The notes: a model not told the origin generated them from the sequence alone. 64,000 nt of DNA from an uncultured virus (IMG/VR IMGVR_UViG_3300022934_002389) (IMGVR_UViG_3300022934_002389:1-64000), one strand, 5' to 3'; shown: positions 40,449 through 51,222, counted from the first letter of the stretch. Made by a program: numbers and translations.

Positions 40449-41443
40449 TAGAGGTACATTCAGAACCGTTTACATACTATACTAAAGAAGAGTTTTTTAA
40501 TGCTGCGGTATTTTCTTACTTAGATAAAACTTATCCCTACGATAAAATTTATCAATATGCAAAACTCGAAGGTACCCATGAAGCAAAAGGTATTGCTGAA
40601 AATAATTATGTTTTACCATTAGAAATTGCAGATTATGAAGACGGCATTGATGAAGGAAAACAAAAACAGTTTTATCCTGCATTTGACACTATACTTAATG
40701 AATTGCCTAAACTAAAAAAAGTAATTTTTGGTAAAGATTTTAATCATGATAGTTTTTATGTAAATTATCATCACGACCTTGACGGTAGTTTTATAGAAAC
40801 GCACAATGATTTAAAAGACTTTAGGTGGTTGGTAACTTGTCAAATTTATTTCGATTACGGTAATCAAGGTGCTTGGACAGTAGACAAACGCGGAGAAATG
40901 CACAGTCAAGTACCTCAAAAACCTAACTTCTTTTATGCTATACCTGCTACTAATTACAGTTGGCATTGTGTAGATGACATTGTTGATACCAAAAGATCTA
41001 TATTATTTAGATTTGCTAAACGCAGACACAGAAGTGTGTTACGACCAAGTAAAAGTAAATTAGCATTTGTTATCGATAATACAATTAAACATAGTGATAA
41101 GACTTATATTAAAATGAGTATGCGAATGGGCAATCTTACAGAAGCATGGCTTGCCTCAAAAGACTGTGAAAATATTTTCCATACAAAATGGAAAGATGAA
41201 GATCAAAAAGAACGATTATTATACCATCTTATAGAAAAAGGTTATGATCCGATTGTTATTCCGTCAGGTTGTTTTCCTAACAATCCGTTAAGTCCTGAAC
41301 ACGATGAATATAGAGTAATTCAAGAATCAGATGCTCAACAATATGATGATATGGTTTTTAGAAAAGATGATTCTGATCCTCTGTTTTGTAAAGCAGAAGA
41401 AATATTAGAAAAACATAATCCTATGGAATACGAAGACGTATGA
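40445..41443 (+). CDS. 2OG-Fe(II) oxygenase-like protein with C-terminal extension
   Basis: ETHND (HxD), CQIYF and SWHCV..KRS. Confidence 0.6.
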   Translation: MIEVHSEPFTYYTKEEFFNAAVFSYLDKTYPYDKIYQYAKLEGTHEAKGIAENNYVLPLEIADYEDGIDEGKQKQFYPAFDTILNELPKLKKVIFGKDFNHDSFYVNYHHDLDGSFIETHNDLKDFRWLVTCQIYFDYGNQGAWTVDKRGEMHSQVPQKPNFFYAIPATNYSWHCVDDIVDTKRSILFRFAKRRHRSVLRPSKSKLAFVIDNTIKHSDKTYIKMSMRMGNLTEAWLASKDCENIFHTKWKDEDQKERLLYHLIEKGYDPIVIPSGCFPNNPLSPEHDEYRVIQESDAQQYDDMVFRKDDSDPLFCKAEEILEKHNPMEYEDV

Positions 41444-42765
41444 TTAAAACACTTGAAGATATGCGAAACGAATTAGAAAAGTTAGGATTAAATCCCGATA
41501 CATTCTGTTTTGCACCTTACATTAACGCTGACTTGGATCAATCCGGTTCTGTATATACATGCTACAGGGGTAGAGAACGTGTAGGCAATTGGAAGAAACA
41601 ACCATTTACAAAACTGTTTAACAATGATTATTATAAAAATATTAGGAATGACCTGTATTGCGGACAAAGAAATAAAAATTGCGTAAGTTGTTGGAATGCA
41701 GAAGATTCTAATAGTAAGTCGCCTAGAATGGATTTTTTTGGAGATTTTGAAAGACAAGTTGAAGATAAAGATGCACTTATAGATTTTATAAAAAATAATC
41801 CAGACGAATCTAGACTTACTGATCTTGAAAGGATAGAAATACGTCCTAGTAATTTATGTAATTTGCAATGTATGCACTGCGGCCCAGGCAGTAGTACACT
41901 TTGGGTAACAAGTTTAACTGACAAAGAAACTTTTGAAATATATGAAGAAACATCTTACGATGTTGGTAAAGAAGTTGATGATTTAGATGAATCTGTTACA
42001 CATAATAATATATCTAAATTATTCAAAGTTGCTCTCAATAGCGAAAGCAGATATAAAGAAGACATAAAAGAATTACTCGCATCTGCTTCTATGATTCATT
42101 TTACAGGCGGTGAACCGTTACTTACTCCAGAACATATAGACTGGTTAGAATATATGACAAGTAAAAATCCGCAAGATCAAAAATTAGTCTATAATACAAA
42201 TCTTAATGTCAAAGACATATCAAAGTATTTAAAGTATTGGATGAAGTTTAAACAAGTAGAAATTGTTTGTAGTATAGATGCATCGTTTGACACATATGAT
42301 TTTTTTAGAATGCGTGGAGATATTGAACTTGTTAAAAGCAATTTACGCAGAATTAAAGATTTCAATTTAAGTAACATAATTCTAAAAGGCACTGTAACAT
42401 TTAACATGTTTAGTGCTTTGCGTTGGACTGATATTTTAAACAATTGGTTAGAGTATGATTTATTATTTCATACTAGTCTAGTACTAGATAATCCTGTATC
42501 TAGTTTAGAATTACCAGATTCTATTAGACAAAGATGTATAAACGAAATGCAAGACAGTATAGAAAAAGCAAAACTGTCGACAAATAATAAAGATTTTATT
42601 GATAGGTGGGAATACTTTACAAATGATTGTTTGAATTATATGAAAAATAATTTTAACGGCCAAGAAAAATTATCTGAAAGATCTACAAAATATATTAAAC
42701 TGTGTGAACGTATTAACAATAAAAAAATGTTAGATTATTTTCCTGAACTAGAGGAATATGTTTAG
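41440..42765 (+). CDS. Radical SAM protein with N-terminal Twitch-like domain
   Basis: FCFAPY..TCY..NCVSCW, CNLQCMHC, FTGGEP, YNTN and YFPEL. Confidence 0.88.
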   Translation: MIKTLEDMRNELEKLGLNPDTFCFAPYINADLDQSGSVYTCYRGRERVGNWKKQPFTKLFNNDYYKNIRNDLYCGQRNKNCVSCWNAEDSNSKSPRMDFFGDFERQVEDKDALIDFIKNNPDESRLTDLERIEIRPSNLCNLQCMHCGPGSSTLWVTSLTDKETFEIYEETSYDVGKEVDDLDESVTHNNISKLFKVALNSESRYKEDIKELLASASMIHFTGGEPLLTPEHIDWLEYMTSKNPQDQKLVYNTNLNVKDISKYLKYWMKFKQVEIVCSIDASFDTYDFFRMRGDIELVKSNLRRIKDFNLSNIILKGTVTFNMFSALRWTDILNNWLEYDLLFHTSLVLDNPVSSLELPDSIRQRCINEMQDSIEKAKLSTNNKDFIDRWEYFTNDCLNYMKNNFNGQEKLSERSTKYIKLCERINNKKMLDYFPELEEYV

Positions 42766-43430
42766 TGGATTACAGAAAGTTTGAAACATTAGAATTTAGT
42801 CCTACAACTTATTGCCAAGCAAAATGTCCTTTATGTCCAAGAACAGAGTTAGATGCAAAGGACAAATTAGTATATAGACATTTTTCCTTAGAAACTTATA
42901 AGAAGATGGTAGACACTGCTCCGAGTGCAGTCGAAGTAATTTATTTTTGCGGAGATTATGGAGATCCATTAATGCATCCTGATATAGAAGAAATGATAGA
43001 TTATGGATGTGCTTCAGGTAAAGAAGTTCAAGTAGCAACAAACGGTGGCCTAAGACAGAAAGATTGGTATGTAAGTATTGCAAAACGTTGGAAAGATCAA
43101 CTACGTTTGAATTTTGGTATAGATGGTATAACAGCAGAACAGAGTAGTAAATATAGAATTGAGGTAGATTTTAACAGAGCGTGGGAACATATGATTGCTG
43201 CAAATGAATCAGGTGCTGTAGTATGTTGGGATTTTTTAGTGTTTACATTTAATTATAGAAGTGTACCCGAAGCTATTGAATTAGCAAGGAAAAATAAATT
43301 AGAAATGGATATAAAATTAAATACTAGAGATTGGAAGTATAAAATTGTAGACAAAGAAATGAAAGAACAAGTTTTTGCTTGGGCAAATAAAGTCAGCGAA
43401 TGGAAATGGTATGACAAAGATAAAGTGTAG
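42765..43430 (+). CDS. Radical SAM core protein without auxiliary domain
   Basis: GTG start. CQAKCPLC, FCGDYGDP, TNG and FGIDG. Ends before any SPASM cysteines. Confidence 0.85.
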   Translation: MDYRKFETLEFSPTTYCQAKCPLCPRTELDAKDKLVYRHFSLETYKKMVDTAPSAVEVIYFCGDYGDPLMHPDIEEMIDYGCASGKEVQVATNGGLRQKDWYVSIAKRWKDQLRLNFGIDGITAEQSSKYRIEVDFNRAWEHMIAANESGAVVCWDFLVFTFNYRSVPEAIELARKNKLEMDIKLNTRDWKYKIVDKEMKEQVFAWANKVSEWKWYDKDKV

Positions 43431-43689
43431 GACAAAAGGTATTGTTATAGACACTGACGGACATGCATGGCCCTGTTGCTGGACACTTACTGAGCCAAGC
43501 ATGTCTCCTTATCTAAAAAGTTTAGATAAAGACTGGAATTCTATTGCAAAAAATGGATTAGATGCTATAATAGATAGTGAAGCATTCAGTAAACATTTTA
43601 ACACTGAAGGTTGGGAAACAGATCCTGATCCTATATGCAAAAAATTTTGTAAAGCGATAAACAATGAATACAAAACACACAAAGATTAG
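43411..43689 (+). CDS. Stand-alone Twitch/SPASM-like Fe-S domain
   Basis: MTKIKC...IVIDTDGHAWPCCW...ICKKFC aligns with the C-terminal domains of 38659 and 45066. Confidence 0.75.
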   Translation: MTKIKCRTKGIVIDTDGHAWPCCWTLTEPSMSPYLKSLDKDWNSIAKNGLDAIIDSEAFSKHFNTEGWETDPDPICKKFCKAINNEYKTHKD

Positions 43690-45088
43690 CGACACATTTT
43701 GTTTATTACCTTGGGTGCATCTAAGCACAAGACCAGACGGTAGTATGAGAGTATGCTGCACAGCAAATGCAAGTTCAGTTGGTGCAACAAATGATAAAGA
43801 ACACGGGGGCCAAGTAGGCATTCTTAAGGATGATGAAGGACGTCCTAACAATTTAAATGTAAGTGATTTTCAAAGTGCTTGGAACAGCACATACATGAAG
43901 AATGTACGTAAGCAAATGCTTGCTGGTGAAAAGCCACCTAGTTGTTTAAAATGTTTTAAAGAAGAAGCAGCAGGTCATCGTAGTAAACGTATGTGGGAAA
44001 CAGACTACTGGAGTCAGCGTGTTGATGTAGATAAGATACTACAAGAAACAAATGAAGACGGCAGTGTGCCACCTAATCTAGCGTATATTGATTTACGTTT
44101 CGGAACAAAATGTCAACTTGCATGTGTAATGTGTTCACCGCATGATAGTTCAGGTTGGATTAAAGATTGGAAGGCAATTTTTCCTGCTGTTAAAAATGAG
44201 TCTCTCAAAGAAATTATGCAATGGGAAAACAAAGGCAGTACAAACGGAAGTAGTTACAACTGGCACAAACAAAATCCTGTGTTTTGGGAGCAATTCTATG
44301 AACAAATGCCGAGTATGCAGCAGATTTATTTTGCCGGTGGCGAGAGTCTTATTATCGAGGAACACTATGAAATACTTGAACATGCAATTAAAATGGGTTA
44401 TGCAAAAGATCTTGAACTACGTTATAACTCAAATGGAGTTGAATGGAGAGAAGATTTATTTGATTTATGGCGAGAATTCAAACTTGTGCGTTTTCACTAT
44501 TCGATAGATAGTATTAAAGAAATGAATAGTTATATTCGTTATCCAAGCGAATGGAAACGTCAAGAAGAAGTGTTTCGTATTTTAGATACACAAACTAGTA
44601 ATAATGTAGAAGTTACTATTGCATGTGCAGTTCAAGCACTTAATGTATATTATCTTCCTGACTTTATTCAATGGAAACTAGAACAAGGTTTTAAGAAAAT
44701 AAACATGTGGCCATTTGGCGCAGGTGGCATTAGTCAGCATTTTGTATATTGGCCTGCCCATTTAAATGTAAAAGTTTTGCCTAAATGGTTTAAAGAAGAA
44801 TGTAGACGCAAGTACGAATCATGGTATCCTTGGTGGGAAGAAAACTGGGAACTTGGTATTCCTAGATGGCACAAAGGTAAAGTTACGTATGAACAATTCC
44901 GTAGTGCAGAATACGGAATTAAACGTCTTAATGGTATTTTAAGTTTTATGGAAAGTGAAGACTGGAGTAGACGCTTACCAGAAATGAAAGAATTTTTAGA
45001 TTTGTGCGATCGCCAACGTGGCATAACATTTGCAGAAACTTTTCCTGAAATGAAAGATATATTCGATGTTTCATTTGAAACACAGTGA
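43664..45088 (+). CDS. Radical SAM protein with N-terminal Twitch-like domain
   Basis: FCLLPW..RVCC..SCLKCF, CQLACVMC, FAGGES, YIRYPS.W and ETFPEM. Confidence 0.9.
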   Translation: MNTKHTKISDTFCLLPWVHLSTRPDGSMRVCCTANASSVGATNDKEHGGQVGILKDDEGRPNNLNVSDFQSAWNSTYMKNVRKQMLAGEKPPSCLKCFKEEAAGHRSKRMWETDYWSQRVDVDKILQETNEDGSVPPNLAYIDLRFGTKCQLACVMCSPHDSSGWIKDWKAIFPAVKNESLKEIMQWENKGSTNGSSYNWHKQNPVFWEQFYEQMPSMQQIYFAGGESLIIEEHYEILEHAIKMGYAKDLELRYNSNGVEWREDLFDLWREFKLVRFHYSIDSIKEMNSYIRYPSEWKRQEEVFRILDTQTSNNVEVTIACAVQALNVYYLPDFIQWKLEQGFKKINMWPFGAGGISQHFVYWPAHLNVKVLPKWFKEECRRKYESWYPWWEENWELGIPRWHKGKVTYEQFRSAEYGIKRLNGILSFMESEDWSRRLPEMKEFLDLCDRQRGITFAETFPEMKDIFDVSFETQ

Positions 45089-46082
45089 TATATTCACGTT
45101 ACAAATAGAATTTACATCTTATTGTAATGCTAGTTGTGGTAGTTGTGATCGCAACATCGATGGCGGCAAAATAAATCCTAGACTTAAACTAAAACACTTT
45201 CCGGTAAGAGCTTGGCACAGTTTATGTAAGTCTAATTTGTCAACTGTTAAAGAAATAGTGTTTAATGGATCAGTAGGTGATTTTCAAATGCATCCTAGTG
45301 CATTAGAAATGATTAATTATCTTGCCGAAACTAATCCACACTTATATGTTGTTATTCATACAAACGGTAGTGCAAGAAATAAAGAATGGTGGTATTCTTT
45401 AGGTAAAACATTACAAAAGTTTAAAGCACATGACTTAATTTTCAGTATTGATGGATTGGAAGATACTAATCATATTTACAGACGAGGAGTAAACTGGCAC
45501 AAAGTTATAGAAAACGCTACTTCTTTTATCGAGTCTGGTGCTAATGCTGTATGGAGAACGATTGTTTTTGATTACAATTTGCATCAAATAGAAGAAATAA
45601 GTAATACAGCAAAAAAACTTGGTTTTGTAGGCTTTCAAGTTAACAGATCTTGTGTAAAAGAAATTGATATGGTTGAATATAAGAGTTATACTGCAACTAA
45701 AATCAAAGGTATCGATTTTCAAACTGTAAAAGAATTACAAAAATTCAACTACAAAACTGTGTCAGTAGATATAGGAGATCAACCTACTTTTAAAACTGTA
45801 TGTCCTTGGATGAAAAGAGGTGAAATACAAATAAGCGAAACTGGTCATGTATGGCCGTGTTGTTATAGTTTAAAATCTATGACATACGAAAATGAACAAT
45901 ACAATGATTTAAAAGAATTTATACATGCACCAGATTTATACGGACAAAATTTTAATAGTTTAAATAGTTTTACATTACAAGAAATATTAGAGCATACTTT
46001 TTTCAAAGACACTTTGCCAAAAAAAATTACTAATAACGAAATAGGCGAATGTAATAAATGTTCAGAAAGGGAATTTTTTTGA
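45066..46082 (+). CDS. Radical SAM protein with C-terminal Twitch-like domain
   Basis: CNASCGSC, HTNG and FSIDGL.DTNHIYRRGV.W. C-terminal CPW...GHVWPCC...CNKC. Confidence 0.88.
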   Translation: MFHLKHSDIFTLQIEFTSYCNASCGSCDRNIDGGKINPRLKLKHFPVRAWHSLCKSNLSTVKEIVFNGSVGDFQMHPSALEMINYLAETNPHLYVVIHTNGSARNKEWWYSLGKTLQKFKAHDLIFSIDGLEDTNHIYRRGVNWHKVIENATSFIESGANAVWRTIVFDYNLHQIEEISNTAKKLGFVGFQVNRSCVKEIDMVEYKSYTATKIKGIDFQTVKELQKFNYKTVSVDIGDQPTFKTVCPWMKRGEIQISETGHVWPCCYSLKSMTYENEQYNDLKEFIHAPDLYGQNFNSLNSFTLQEILEHTFFKDTLPKKITNNEIGECNKCSEREFF

Positions 46083-47266
46083 GTAAGAACAGTTGTGTAT
46101 TACCATGGAAGCATATGGCATTAGGTGCTGAGAACGGGAAGCCTACTGTTTTGCCGTGTTGCAGATTTAAGGCATTTGGAGAAAGTGAATTTAAAGAATA
46201 TAAGTTTTTACCACCAGAGGAAGCAGTTAATCACCCAGAATACTTTCAAAAAATTAGAGATAAAATGAAAGCAGGTGAAAAATTGCCTGAATGTGTTAAA
46301 TGTTGGGAAGAAGAAAAACTTGGCGGTCGCAATATGCGTATGCACTTTAACCAACTTTACGGCTATATAGAAGATAAATTTGAACTAGATTACTTAGAAG
46401 TGTTTTTAAGTAATCATTGTAATCTTGCATGTAGAATGTGTAATGTAGATGAAAGCACAACGTGGGCAAGATTATATAATGCTGCATGGAAAGATGCTCC
46501 TAGAACAGACAGCATGATGCATCATGTACCAGATCATTATTATAATCAAGGTGCCAAGGTTAAACCAGAAGTAAACACAGTACGTGACTTTGATTTAACA
46601 AAATTTAACAAACCAACAATGATTAAAATACTCGGAGGCGAACCCTTTATGTCTCCTGAACATTCGCCTTTTTTACAAGACCTAGCAAAATACGATGATT
46701 TATCCGATGTATCTATAGTCTATCATACAAATGCAACTAAATTTCCTACAAAGGAAGATATTGAAGTTTGGAAAAAATGTAAAAGTGTTGAATTATGCTT
46801 TTCGATTGATGGCTATGGTTATGGTAATGATTACAATCGTACACTAAGCAATTGGAATGAAATTGAAGAAAATGTAAAAAAGTATTTAGATTTAGATGCT
46901 AATTTAATTTTTAGTGTTCATAGTTGTTTAAGTGTATTTTCTATTTGGAGTTTTAACGAATTATCTAAATGGGTACAAAGTATTATACACAAAGACAAGC
47001 ATTCTATAGATTGTATAAGATGGCCGGAATATACTTCTATTGGTACAATGCCAGAAGAGTATAAGCAACACCTAATAGATAAAATGGAAACTTGGGATAA
47101 CGTCCAGCCCTTTCATAAACGTGCAATAATGCAAGGACTTAAAGGTGGCGAGACAGATTTAGAGTTATGGAACGAACTTCTAGAACGGTCAGCGGAAATG
47201 GATGCCGTAACAGGATTAGACTATAAGAAGGTTTTACCTATTGACAATAAAGGAAATTTATGTTAG
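46079..47266 (+). CDS. Radical SAM protein with N-terminal Twitch-like domain
   Basis: CVLPW..PCC..ECVKCW, CNLACRMC, LGGEP and FSIDG. Probable TTG start at 46079. Confidence 0.88.
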   Translation: MSKNSCVLPWKHMALGAENGKPTVLPCCRFKAFGESEFKEYKFLPPEEAVNHPEYFQKIRDKMKAGEKLPECVKCWEEEKLGGRNMRMHFNQLYGYIEDKFELDYLEVFLSNHCNLACRMCNVDESTTWARLYNAAWKDAPRTDSMMHHVPDHYYNQGAKVKPEVNTVRDFDLTKFNKPTMIKILGGEPFMSPEHSPFLQDLAKYDDLSDVSIVYHTNATKFPTKEDIEVWKKCKSVELCFSIDGYGYGNDYNRTLSNWNEIEENVKKYLDLDANLIFSVHSCLSVFSIWSFNELSKWVQSIIHKDKHSIDCIRWPEYTSIGTMPEEYKQHLIDKMETWDNVQPFHKRAIMQGLKGGETDLELWNELLERSAEMDAVTGLDYKKVLPIDNKGNLC

Positions 47267-47269
47267 TAT
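47241..47269 (+). promoter_or_regulatory. Sigma70-type promoter (TTGACA-N17-TAGTAT, extended -10 TG)
   Basis: Perfect -35, 17 nt spacer and TGn before the -10. GGAG and TTG start at 47293 follow. Confidence 0.65.
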
Positions 47270-47292
47270 AGTACTAATAATGGAGAACTATA

Positions 47293-48339
47293 TTGGCAAC
47301 TTTTACCGAATTTCAAAAACTTACTGATATCATTGTAGGCGGCACTTATAACGCTGAAGATTTTAATGATGTTCCTGACTCAAATGCAAGAGATTTACTA
47401 AAACGTGTAAATGAAGAAACTGCTGAAGACTTAGAATCTTTAGTAAAAATACTTGAAGATTTAGATGTTACAGTACACCGTCCTAATAATCTAATGCAAT
47501 ATAGTTGGGATAAAGCAACTGTACAAACGCCATGGTTTGGTAGTCATTTTCCTAACCATCCACTTATGCCAAGAGATGTGTTAGGTGTGTTTGGCAACAC
47601 TATTGTAGAGCACTATACAGCAAGCGGTGGTAGATTTTTTGAGAATCTTGCATATACTGACATTAGTAGACAATTCTATAATAATGGTTATAGATGGTTA
47701 AGTATGCCTATGGCAAAACTTACAAGCAAAGCACCTCCATATAATGAAAACGATCAAATTATGTTTCATGCTGCAAACATTATTAAGTGTGGTAAAGATT
47801 TGTTTCATTCTCAAAGTGGTAATAAAGATCTTAAAAAAGGCAAAGGTACCGATGTTGGATTAGACTGGCTGAAAAAAGAACTAGGCGATGAGTTTAGATG
47901 GAACGAAGTTGCTGTCGGCGGACACTGTGACGGCAAGATTGCACTATTAAAGCCGGGTGTACTAATGACATGGAATAAAAAATGGATACCAGAAAAATTA
48001 CAAAACTGGGATATTATTGAAGTGTCTAGCGAAACAGAACTTCCAGACGAATTTGATAAAATGCGTAAGCAACGTTTTTACAAAGACTTTATTGATGAAT
48101 ATTTTAGTCATTGGACAGGTTACGTAGATGAAACAGTTTTTGATGTAAATGTGTTAAGTGTGTCTGAAGATTATGTTATTTGCACTGGCACAAACAAAGA
48201 AGCATTTGCAAGAATGGAAAAACAAGGTATTACACCTATCTACTGGAACTTTAGACACCAGTATTTTTGGGATGGCGGTGTGCATTGTGTAACACAAGAC
48301 TTAGCAAGACAAGGTTCTCAGGAGGACTACTTTGCTTAG
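47293..48339 (+). CDS. Second amidinotransferase-family protein
   Basis: TEFQKLTDIIVG, VHRP, MPRD, RFFE, FHAAN, GHCDG, FDVNVLS and DGGVHCVTQD. Confidence 0.85.
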   Translation: MATFTEFQKLTDIIVGGTYNAEDFNDVPDSNARDLLKRVNEETAEDLESLVKILEDLDVTVHRPNNLMQYSWDKATVQTPWFGSHFPNHPLMPRDVLGVFGNTIVEHYTASGGRFFENLAYTDISRQFYNNGYRWLSMPMAKLTSKAPPYNENDQIMFHAANIIKCGKDLFHSQSGNKDLKKGKGTDVGLDWLKKELGDEFRWNEVAVGGHCDGKIALLKPGVLMTWNKKWIPEKLQNWDIIEVSSETELPDEFDKMRKQRFYKDFIDEYFSHWTGYVDETVFDVNVLSVSEDYVICTGTNKEAFARMEKQGITPIYWNFRHQYFWDGGVHCVTQDLARQGSQEDYFA

Positions 48340-49552
48340 TAACTATAACTGCATTGCGCCGTTTAAATGCGTTGCTATTGATTATGATGGCAATGTAAAG
48401 CCTGATGCAATTTATAAAGTTCCACTAGGTAATTTGAACAATAATTCTTTAGTGGAAATATGGAATGACAATCCTTGGACACAACTAAGGAAAGATCATT
48501 CACAGTTTCAACAAAACAAAGGCTGTGAAAAGTGTTATAAAAAAGAAGAACTAAGTGGACACAGTCGTAGATTGTTTTTTGAAACACTATTTGTTGACCG
48601 AGCAACTTGTTACAATAATAAACCTATAGTAACAGATATTAACACACCTAGTTTTTTAATGCTTGATGTTATTCCTAGTAACAAGTGCAATTTAAAATGT
48701 ATACATTGTAGCGGTGCAGTTAGTACAGCATGGGTTGCAGATGAAAAAAAATTATTAAAAAACAAAACAGGTTATTGGAGAAACAGCGATTACGGACATT
48801 TTGTATTAGATGATTCTGTTATAGACAACGTTTTTGCTGATACTAGTGTATTTGAAGATTTGTGTTATGTTGCTATACGTGGCGGTGAACCAATGTATGA
48901 GCCTAAAAATAGAGCAATTTTACAAAAGTTAATTGACTTGGGACTTAACAAACAAGTTACTATTGATATAAGCACAAATGCTACAGTAGATGATGAGCAA
49001 TTGTTTGATCATTTACGACAGTTTAAAAGTCTTATATTTTATATTAGTATAGAAGGTACAGGAGAACTGTATAATTATACAAGAGGCGGCAATAATTATG
49101 ATATATCTGTTGTTGAGAACATGATCGAAAAACTAAAAACATTTGATAACCTTGAAGAAGTGTGTATAACATTTACAACAATGGCTGCAAATGTATTTGC
49201 AATTAGAGATGCATGGAATTTTGTTCAAAAGTATAAAGATTTTTGTAGTTTTAGTTTTTCAAATACAGTTGTTAATCCTGCTTATCTTAGTTTAGATGTG
49301 TTAAGTGCAGAAATGAAAGAACAAGCAGCATCTATGATTGAAGACATAGACGATAAAATAAAATGGCCAGGCCAAGATAATTATTATTCTGTAGGTATAA
49401 GCAAATTGGCACAACAACTTAAAAAACCAGAACATGCAGAACAACAAAAATTGTGGAAATATTTCAAAGAATACATTGTTGATTTAGATAAAATAAGAAA
49501 TACAGACTTTATTAGTGCTGCTCCGCAATTTAAGGAGTATTGGAATGAGTAA
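48332..49552 (+). CDS. Radical SAM protein with N-terminal Twitch-like domain
   Basis: GGAGG plus TTG start. CIAPF..GCEKCY, CNLKCIHC, RGGEP and STN. Confidence 0.88.
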   Translation: MLSNYNCIAPFKCVAIDYDGNVKPDAIYKVPLGNLNNNSLVEIWNDNPWTQLRKDHSQFQQNKGCEKCYKKEELSGHSRRLFFETLFVDRATCYNNKPIVTDINTPSFLMLDVIPSNKCNLKCIHCSGAVSTAWVADEKKLLKNKTGYWRNSDYGHFVLDDSVIDNVFADTSVFEDLCYVAIRGGEPMYEPKNRAILQKLIDLGLNKQVTIDISTNATVDDEQLFDHLRQFKSLIFYISIEGTGELYNYTRGGNNYDISVVENMIEKLKTFDNLEEVCITFTTMAANVFAIRDAWNFVQKYKDFCSFSFSNTVVNPAYLSLDVLSAEMKEQAASMIEDIDDKIKWPGQDNYYSVGISKLAQQLKKPEHAEQQKLWKYFKEYIVDLDKIRNTDFISAAPQFKEYWNE

Positions 49553-50471
49553 ACAATGGGAATCACTATATAAAAAGTATTTAGGCACAACAGGAAATAG
49601 TGCTAAGATACATGAGTGTCCTAAATTCTTATCACGACATGTGAAAGAGCATGGCTGGTTTAATAGAGATTTTAATGTTCAAGACGAATATTTAGATTTT
49701 TATCCTAAATGGATTGAATCATCTGTAAGTACAAAGGTCAAAGGATTAGAAACTTTACCTAATCGTTATGTAAGTCTTGGTGTAACACAAACACTAGATT
49801 GGTTTCATTTAGAATGTGCAAGAAATGGTTGGCGTATGCGCTTGCTTCGTGGCGAATATCCTTATAACAGAGATGTGTTCGACTTTGATTGGGATACTTA
49901 TATTGATGATGCACCATTAGAGCGTGGAGATGCTGTAATTATTAGTGTGCCATTTAGTGGATCTGGCAGTGTGCATCCAATGTACGAAGAGATTATGGAA
50001 ACTTGTACAAAACTTGATATTCCTGTAATGGTTGATTGTGCTTGGTTTGGTACATGTTACGATTTAGAATGGAGTGTAGACTATGATTGTGTTAAGGTAG
50101 TTGCATTTAGTACAACAAAAGGTTTGCAAACAGGTAATTTCCGTAGCGGTATATGTTTTAGTAAATGGACACATGGCTCTCTTGCTGTACAAACTGAATG
50201 GCATCACGGAATACATGCAAATACATATGCAGGACTAATGCTAATGAAGGAATTTTCACCAGATTTGGCTGCAAATATATACAAAGAACACCAAAAACAA
50301 GTTTGCGAAAAATTTGGACTTATAGCTACTAATACAGTGCATGTTGCATTAGGAAATGAAGAATGGAATTACTTTCATAGAGATAAAGCATATAACAGAA
50401 TTAACATTAGATTGCCTTTATTAGATGCAAGACAAGGAAAATTAGAAGATGAAATACATAGAATGCTGTGA
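49545..50471 (+). CDS. PLP-dependent (fold type I) aminotransferase-like protein
   Basis: SLGVTQ, GEYPY, ISVP, VMVDCAWF and AFSTTKGL...RSG. AAGGAG site before ATG 49545. Confidence 0.6.
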   Translation: MSKQWESLYKKYLGTTGNSAKIHECPKFLSRHVKEHGWFNRDFNVQDEYLDFYPKWIESSVSTKVKGLETLPNRYVSLGVTQTLDWFHLECARNGWRMRLLRGEYPYNRDVFDFDWDTYIDDAPLERGDAVIISVPFSGSGSVHPMYEEIMETCTKLDIPVMVDCAWFGTCYDLEWSVDYDCVKVVAFSTTKGLQTGNFRSGICFSKWTHGSLAVQTEWHHGIHANTYAGLMLMKEFSPDLAANIYKEHQKQVCEKFGLIATNTVHVALGNEEWNYFHRDKAYNRINIRLPLLDARQGKLEDEIHRML

Positions 50472-51222
50472 ATATTATAAAAATAATATAATACACAATT
50501 TTAGTCCTGCAAAAAAGATTGATAATTTTTTTACAGCAGAAGAAATAGAAATTCTGAGACTTTATCAATTTCAAAATGCAAGAACAGTAAAGTTTCAAGC
50601 ATCTAGTAGTAATATTCAGCCATTAGCAAGTATTCCTATGCTATTTAGAAATGAAAAATGGTTAAGACACAAGTTTTTAGATATTTTTGGAGACTTTAGT
50701 GGTAATCATTCAGGTAACTATTTTATTTCTAATCAGCCGCACGATGCACACCTTGATTTGATTACTGAGGAAGAAGGCGCCCCTGAAGATCCATATTTTG
50801 ATAATGTTATACCTTTTAAGAGTGTAATTATTCCTTTGTTTTTGACAAAAGGAGCACGAGCACATACTGCTTTTATGAATCAACGCAGAATCGGTTATAG
50901 TGTTATTTTAGACAGAGACGCAGAAAAAAGCCAAGATACAGCAATGTATGAAATATCAAGAAATTATAATAATTTTATTGATATAAATGGCGAGTCTATG
51001 AACCCGGAAAAAGATTATGGTGAATGGGATCCAAATAAATATCCACATATAAGTGAAAATAGTTTTCGTGGATTAAGTCATGAAACTATATTAGAACAGG
51101 ATGTAGGCAGTATTTTAGTTTTTGATGCATGTCAAGTACATGCAAGTATTGTAATAGATAAAGAGCCTTGGTTAAAAAATGCAATTAACGTACAATTTTA
51201 CAAAAGTTATAACGAAGACTGA
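50449..51222 (+). CDS. 2OG-Fe(II)/cupin-like oxygenase
   Basis: KIDNFFT.EEI, DAHLD (HxD), VIIPL and GSILVFDACQVHAS. Confidence 0.55.
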   Translation: MKYIECCEYYKNNIIHNFSPAKKIDNFFTAEEIEILRLYQFQNARTVKFQASSSNIQPLASIPMLFRNEKWLRHKFLDIFGDFSGNHSGNYFISNQPHDAHLDLITEEEGAPEDPYFDNVIPFKSVIIPLFLTKGARAHTAFMNQRRIGYSVILDRDAEKSQDTAMYEISRNYNNFIDINGESMNPEKDYGEWDPNKYPHISENSFRGLSHETILEQDVGSILVFDACQVHASIVIDKEPWLKNAINVQFYKSYNED

